Translations under genes and position numbers: made by a program
Shown: positions 59,365 to 64,000 of the stretch, one piece after another
Layout: the number at the start of each line of letters is the position of its first letter
How positions within the stretch are numbered: the stretch's first letter is position 1
Origin: an uncultured Gammaproteobacteria bacterium
Lineage (GTDB): Bacteria > Patescibacteriota > Microgenomatia > UBA8517
Reading direction: 5' to 3'
Assembly: GCA_964583685.1 (NCBI GenBank)
Contig: CAZOVJ010000001.1
Span: forward strand, 260,033-324,032
Length of the DNA stretch: 64,000 nucleotides
The notes under the pieces: model-generated
The model's input: the letters and a program-made list of their open reading frames with translations, nothing else
Told to the model about the DNA's origin: nothing
The model's database searches: none

Positions 59365-60526
59365 GAAGTTGAACTACAACCTTCCAATCATAATTCTTTT
59401 CAACAAATCCCTGTCCCTGTCTGCCAATTTTTTTTGCCAGCTCAGGATTTTTCAAAAGCTTGACAGTAGCATTAGCCAAACCTTGGTCTGTATCGCTAAT
59501 TAAGACATGACGACCATGCTCAAGGTTCAATCCAGCCGCCCCTGTGGAAGTTGAAACTACAGGAAGCCCTGCGGCCAAAGCCTCCAGAACTTTTAACCTT
59601 GTCCCTCCCGGTCCTCTTATAGGTAAAATCATTACAGTCGCTGTTTTGAGTGTGTCCCTGACATCAGGAACTGATTCTGCAATCTCAATATCATCAGTCC
59701 TCTTTGCAAGTTGGCAAATATTCGAAGGAATGCTCTTACCCACAATCCAAAGTTTAACATCTCTCATCCGTTCTTTTATTTTGGGCCAAACCTCACCCAG
59801 TAAAAGATTAACTGCCTCTACATTTTGCAGCCACTTAAAATTGGCTGCACCATATAAGATCCTAGGGGGGTACTTTTTAGTTTTTTTGTAACTAGAAAAA
59901 TATTTTGAATCAACACCGTTGGGAACAATATCGACCTTTATACCGGGAATGAGCTTCTGCATTATTTTCTTATCCTCTTCAGAAACGGCAACTAGTTTGT
60001 TTGTCTTTCGCCAAAAATATTTCTCCCAGAAACGCAGCTTGAGCACATCAATCATAAAAAGAGGCTTTAAAAGAAAAGGTATTTTGATATCAACATGGTG
60101 TTTATAGACCAAATACTCAATTGTCTGTTCAACTAGAATGGAAGGGATTGCTGTCTTGGGAATATGAGGCATAACATAAAATGTTTCTGCATGTATCAGG
60201 TCATATTTCTCCTCTAAAAGTTCCTTCTTGATTGCCCTTTTCTCTTTTGGAGACCAATTGCGGACAACGAGCAAGGGATAGGGACTAAAGATTGTTAGGA
60301 AAAGATTCCGAAATGTCCACGGCGACTTTGATCTCTTGAAAACCTTTACCTTTTTACAGTATTTCTTCAACTCGGGAATAAACCTTTTTTCAGACTCATC
60401 TTTAATTAATGAAAACAAGGTTATTTGGTGCTTCTCTGATAAATATTTGATAATGTTATACCATCTTGTCTGCCCGCCAGACATAGAAGTATTGGGCAAA
60501 AAGGGAACAAGCATTAAAATTTTCAT
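59330..60526 (-). CDS. family 4 (GT-B) glycosyltransferase
   Basis: C-terminal 'GGTRLKVLEALAAGLPVVST'. Confidence 0.65.
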   Translation of the reverse strand: MKILMLVPFLPNTSMSGGQTRWYNIIKYLSEKHQITLFSLIKDESEKRFIPELKKYCKKVKVFKRSKSPWTFRNLFLTIFSPYPLLVVRNWSPKEKRAIKKELLEEKYDLIHAETFYVMPHIPKTAIPSILVEQTIEYLVYKHHVDIKIPFLLKPLFMIDVLKLRFWEKYFWRKTNKLVAVSEEDKKIMQKLIPGIKVDIVPNGVDSKYFSSYKKTKKYPPRILYGAANFKWLQNVEAVNLLLGEVWPKIKERMRDVKLWIVGKSIPSNICQLAKRTDDIEIAESVPDVRDTLKTATVMILPIRGPGGTRLKVLEALAAGLPVVSTSTGAAGLNLEHGRHVLISDTDQGLANATVKLLKNPELAKKIGRQGQGFVEKNYDWKVVVQLHDRIYKKVVHV

Positions 60527-61983
60527 CTAACTACCTCTTCTTTTAAGTCTATAATGATATAGTTATCTGTCTGCTCCAGAATCCTAAATTTCTCTTTCAA
60601 ATAGTCAAGATCCGGGTCATTCAGGTTGACAGAAACAAAAAAGCTTGCTCCTTTTCCAATAAGATTGTCAATAGAATCATCAACAACCGGCCAACCTTTT
60701 CTTTGAGTTTGGTATAAGAAACTGGTATCTCCATTATATGAGGCAATAATCAAAGCATCTTTTGGTGCAATTCTGTCAATTGCCTGGCCTGCTTGAATAA
60801 TTTCAGGGTGATTTATTTTATAAAACTCCCTTACTTGATACCAACTCATCCCCAACATCAAACCAACTGAAAAAATCAAAAACAGACGAGCAAGCCAAAG
60901 TTTTGATTCTTTAAAATTCCATAGATACCAAGCTCCTTTAGCCAAAAAAAGAGAGATGACTGGTACAATAAAAATCTGATAATAATCATGTCTAATATTG
61001 ACAGTAGCAAAAATAGCCAGATAAATAAAGGCAGCCAAGAAAAGAAAATGGCTGAAAAGATTCTCTTTCTTAATTTTTAAAAAACCAAATGAAAAAGGAA
61101 CTAATCCCCAAATACCGAGCATTAATTTACCTATCCGCTCCCCGAAAATCCATCTCCAAAATGCTGGACGAAAGCGGATATTGTCAGCGTTAAAAGTCCA
61201 CCTCCACCGGGGAATTCCAGCAGGAAATTGATTAATCCAAATTCTCCAAATAAAAAAAGGGATAATGGCTATATTGGCAAAAACTAATAATTCCTTCCTC
61301 TTTAAAATATTTTTTAAACCAAACTTTTGGACTACTAGATAAAATATGGGAATTCCATAGAAAAAACTAAAAGGTTTAGCCAGAGTAGAAATAGCAAATA
61401 AAATAGCTGAAAAAAAGAGACTAGAAAGCTGTTTATACTCTAAATAACAAACAAAAAACCAAATAGAGGCTAAGCCCAAAGCTACAGAAAGCGGCCCAGG
61501 TAATATCGTCCTTGAATAGTAAATGTTAAAAGGAAGAAAGGTACAAAAAAAGGCAGTCAATAACCCAACCCATTTCCCATAATATTTTTTAGCAATCAAA
61601 TAAAGAAAAAGGGCGGAAAATAAAGAGGCGATAATTGAAACTAGTCTACCGCAAACTTCAAAATTTAAAAAAGGAAGACCTTTGGCAATAAAAACATGAA
61701 GAGCATTATAAATAGGAAACTCTACCAGGCGTAATCCCAGAGGATTAAAAATACCGCTTTGAGTACTAGAAAGGTCAAGATATTTGGGATAAAGAAGATT
61801 TATACCATGACGAAAAAATATGCGGGAAACAGATGCCGTATCCGCCTGCCTCCAAGAGTGCCAGTCTGCAATTGGGCCATTAATTTTATATAAACGAGTA
61901 AAAAATCCCAGCAATATAATAATTGATAAAATTATGTATTCAATTTCTTTTGTTTTTAAAAGCTGGGTAATTTTATCCTCCAT
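60523..61983 (-). CDS. GT-C-type polytopic membrane glycosyltransferase (ArnT/PMT, GT39/GT83-like)
   Basis: ~12 TM; N-terminal 'HSWRQADTASV' loop typical of lipid-carrier-dependent GT-C enzymes. Confidence 0.45.
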   Translation of the reverse strand: MEDKITQLLKTKEIEYIILSIIILLGFFTRLYKINGPIADWHSWRQADTASVSRIFFRHGINLLYPKYLDLSSTQSGIFNPLGLRLVEFPIYNALHVFIAKGLPFLNFEVCGRLVSIIASLFSALFLYLIAKKYYGKWVGLLTAFFCTFLPFNIYYSRTILPGPLSVALGLASIWFFVCYLEYKQLSSLFFSAILFAISTLAKPFSFFYGIPIFYLVVQKFGLKNILKRKELLVFANIAIIPFFIWRIWINQFPAGIPRWRWTFNADNIRFRPAFWRWIFGERIGKLMLGIWGLVPFSFGFLKIKKENLFSHFLFLAAFIYLAIFATVNIRHDYYQIFIVPVISLFLAKGAWYLWNFKESKLWLARLFLIFSVGLMLGMSWYQVREFYKINHPEIIQAGQAIDRIAPKDALIIASYNGDTSFLYQTQRKGWPVVDDSIDNLIGKGASFFVSVNLNDPDLDYLKEKFRILEQTDNYIIIDLKEEVVR

Positions 61984-63361
61984 TTCTCTGAAGTTTGGCA
62001 GATTTTACAGCAAAACCCATCATCAACCAAAAGATTATGGCAAATTTAGATGCTTCAAAAATATCAATAAAAAGAGCATTGAGAAAAATCCCCGGTAAAC
62101 TGCTGATTATGGCAATAAGATAGGCTGATTGAAGGTTGATTTTTTTGGGAAGAGGAAATAACTTTAGAAAACGCTTTAAAATCCGAAAGATAATCAAGAA
62201 AAACGACGCAAAACCCAATATGCCAACTTCGCCTAAAAGCCTTAAATAATCATTGTCAGTAGCTAACGTAATAGAAGAAAAGCCAGTTCCCAAAAGAGGA
62301 TTCTTTAAAAAGGCACGTACTGCTCTGGGCCATTCGACATTCAGTCTTATCGAAGTTGAACGATCCTCAATTACCGGAACTGGACTGGGAGACGAGCTGT
62401 CAGTAGAAGCTGCATAGGCAGGAAAAAATTCTCTGTTGAAAAGGAGATTATCTCTTCTATTTATCATCTTTTGGATAGTAACCTCAAATATTCTCGTATA
62501 ACGAGTGATAAGATTAGATGAAAAACCAACAAAAACAATACTCAAGAAAATTACTATCAGAATAGCTTTATATTTCCTAATTAAAAATAGGGCAACTGAT
62601 ACGCTCAATAAATAGGAAACAATAGAAATCCTAGAAACAGTATTGACTAAAAGCCAAAAGCCTAAAATAATAGCAGTCAAAAGTAAGGCCCTTACTTTCT
62701 TATCTGACTCAATCTTCAGCAAACCCCGAAGAGTGGATTTATTGCTAAAAAGCAGGATATAAAAGAGAGGAGAAATTAAAATAAGAAAACTTGCCAGATC
62801 ATAATGGCCGGCAAATGTTGATATCAGGTGCCCGGTTGGAACATATCTCAAAGCAACTCCTTTTGAATACTCGTAGTTTTGAGTAGTAATCACCGGCCAA
62901 TTGAAGAACTTTTGACCAAAAGCATATATAAATACCAAGAAAAGAATGACAAAAAGACATTTAATATAAAAAGCTAGATCTTTTTCTGAACGAATGACAG
63001 ATAATCCCATAAAAAAGGCCATAAGATACTCAACTCTTCTCAGCCAATGAAGCAATCCAATATGAACTTCAGCTGTCTGTGTTAGGAAAACAGCCGATAT
63101 AACTGACAAAAGAGAAATTGCCCAGAAAATAAATATTGAAAAATTAATTTTATCCTTCAGTAACTTCCGCCAATCAGGTAAAATTGAGGATAGCCAAATA
63201 ATTGTTACTACAAAAATTAAAAAATCCTCTAATCTAATAGAAACATAAGTACCTGGCACCCGAACAAAAGGAAATTTGGGATAAAGAGGGACAACTAGAA
63301 AAATTGCCAGTACTCCAAATTTGAGAATTTCTCTCCTAAGCTTGCTTAAACGCTTTTGCAT
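61973..63361 (-). CDS. O-antigen ligase / Wzy-like polytopic membrane protein
   Basis: ~12 TM with large periplasmic loop near C-terminus. Confidence 0.5.
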   Translation of the reverse strand: MQKRLSKLRREILKFGVLAIFLVVPLYPKFPFVRVPGTYVSIRLEDFLIFVVTIIWLSSILPDWRKLLKDKINFSIFIFWAISLLSVISAVFLTQTAEVHIGLLHWLRRVEYLMAFFMGLSVIRSEKDLAFYIKCLFVILFLVFIYAFGQKFFNWPVITTQNYEYSKGVALRYVPTGHLISTFAGHYDLASFLILISPLFYILLFSNKSTLRGLLKIESDKKVRALLLTAIILGFWLLVNTVSRISIVSYLLSVSVALFLIRKYKAILIVIFLSIVFVGFSSNLITRYTRIFEVTIQKMINRRDNLLFNREFFPAYAASTDSSSPSPVPVIEDRSTSIRLNVEWPRAVRAFLKNPLLGTGFSSITLATDNDYLRLLGEVGILGFASFFLIIFRILKRFLKLFPLPKKINLQSAYLIAIISSLPGIFLNALFIDIFEASKFAIIFWLMMGFAVKSAKLQRNGG

Positions 63362-64000
63362 AAATTTTCGCCGAATCCCTCCCCTCTAGTATAGCGAAAA
63401 GAACAATCCTACCAAAAGCACCCAGTTTCAAAAGAAATCTAAGAACCGGATATTGCCAAGAAGATTTGTGTTTCTTATAAAATAACTTTAATCCCTGGTA
63501 TTCTGAAAGCAGAGCAAACTCGGAAGTAGCACTTTCCCTCTCATAATGAACAATGCTCCATTGAGGCAAATACCAAACCTGCCAGCCTGCCTTTTTGGCT
63601 CTGAAGCAAAAGTCAACTTCCTCAACATACATAAAATAGTCTTCATCTAAAAGTCCTATGTCATCAATGACCTTCCGCCTGACCAGAAAGAAGGCACCAG
63701 TTACCCAATCCAATTCCTTTTTCCTTTTATAAAATCTGATGTTCTTGTAAAAAGACTTCTCGTGCATGGGATGAAAAGGTTTAATAAACTGGTCTATCAA
63801 AGGTATGTCTTGGATTGTCATCCAAGAGAAAACACTTAATAAATTCGGAAAATATCCCCCTGTTCCTTGAAGACTGCCGTCTTTATTAAGTAAGGCGCAG
63901 CTGGCAATACCAACCTTAGGATGTTTATCCATCCACCTGAGCATCCCTTTTAAAAAATTATTTGAGATTAAAGTATCTGAATTCAAAAGAAGTATATATT
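63336..64000 (-). CDS. family 2 glycosyltransferase, 5'-partial (continues beyond window end)
   Basis: Reading frame stays open to position 64000; '...LNSDTLIS...' GT2 region and C-terminal part present. Confidence 0.55.
   Translation of the reverse strand, partial: YILLLNSDTLISNNFLKGMLRWMDKHPKVGIASCALLNKDGSLQGTGGYFPNLLSVFSWMTIQDIPLIDQFIKPFHPMHEKSFYKNIRFYKRKKELDWVTGAFFLVRRKVIDDIGLLDEDYFMYVEEVDFCFRAKKAGWQVWYLPQWSIVHYERESATSEFALLSEYQGLKLFYKKHKSSWQYPVLRFLLKLGAFGRIVLFAILEGRDSAKIYAKAFKQA

Noticed and set aside
1-64000. Search for CRISPR arrays, IS elements, integrases and rRNA
   Set aside because: No regularly spaced short repeats, no transposase/integrase-like ORFs (no DDE or tyrosine-recombinase R..H..R..Y motifs noticed) and no rRNA-like conserved stretches were seen. 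The only long repeat is the 88-bp pair reported above.

Overview
This ~64 kb window is low-GC (about 35-40% by eye), very gene-dense bacterial DNA with short or overlapping gene junctions and no rRNA, CRISPR array, transposase or integrase visible. The gene content suggests a Candidate-Phyla-Radiation/Patescibacteria-like genome; that is inference from gene content, not a database result. Core content: (1) four tRNAs (Asp-GTC, Gly-CCC, Thr-CGT on +; Val-CAC on -). (2) One ~23 kb co-directional minus-strand block holding a complete division/cell-wall (dcw) cluster, mraZ-rsmH-ftsL-ftsI-murA-murE-murC-murB-murD-pgeF-ddl-murF-mraY-ftsW-murG-ftsQ-ftsA-ftsZ, followed by ileS, a second SEDS gene, rplU-rpmA and parB. 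(3) Two large envelope-glycan assembly loci (5.4-14.9 kb and 52.4-64 kb) rich in GT2, GT4 and GT-C-type membrane glycosyltransferases, a Wzx-like flippase, Wzy/O-antigen-ligase-like proteins, a polyprenyl-phosphate sugar-phosphotransferase and a ManC-like nucleotidyltransferase. (4) def, lepB, glyQS, a short recO-like gene, a LysM protein and a HAD hydrolase. Accessory and unusual content: (a) a GC-richer (~50%) BMP-family solute-binding protein plus two permeases with no ATPase gene, preceded by a structured ~145-nt leader with mutually exclusive helices and followed by a divergent phosphoribosyltransferase-like gene; (b) two near-identical 88-bp direct repeats bracketing a ferredoxin / FNR-like reductase / GT2 segment, one copy being the detached 3' end of a neighbouring gene; (c) a triplet of unknown, GC-richer genes (one with a twin-arginine-like signal) next to tRNA-Val; (d) a tRNA-Gly/tRNA-Thr-bracketed gene for a 472-aa all-alpha TPR-like protein with a tRNA 3'-half-like remnant beside it; (e) an mraZ upstream region with CACCA[C/T] direct repeats at exact 10-bp phasing, a promoter-like TTGACA/TACATT and two tandem intrinsic terminators on the opposite strand (small-RNA candidate). 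CDS coordinates follow the supplied ORF track (longest ORF), so true starts may lie slightly downstream.
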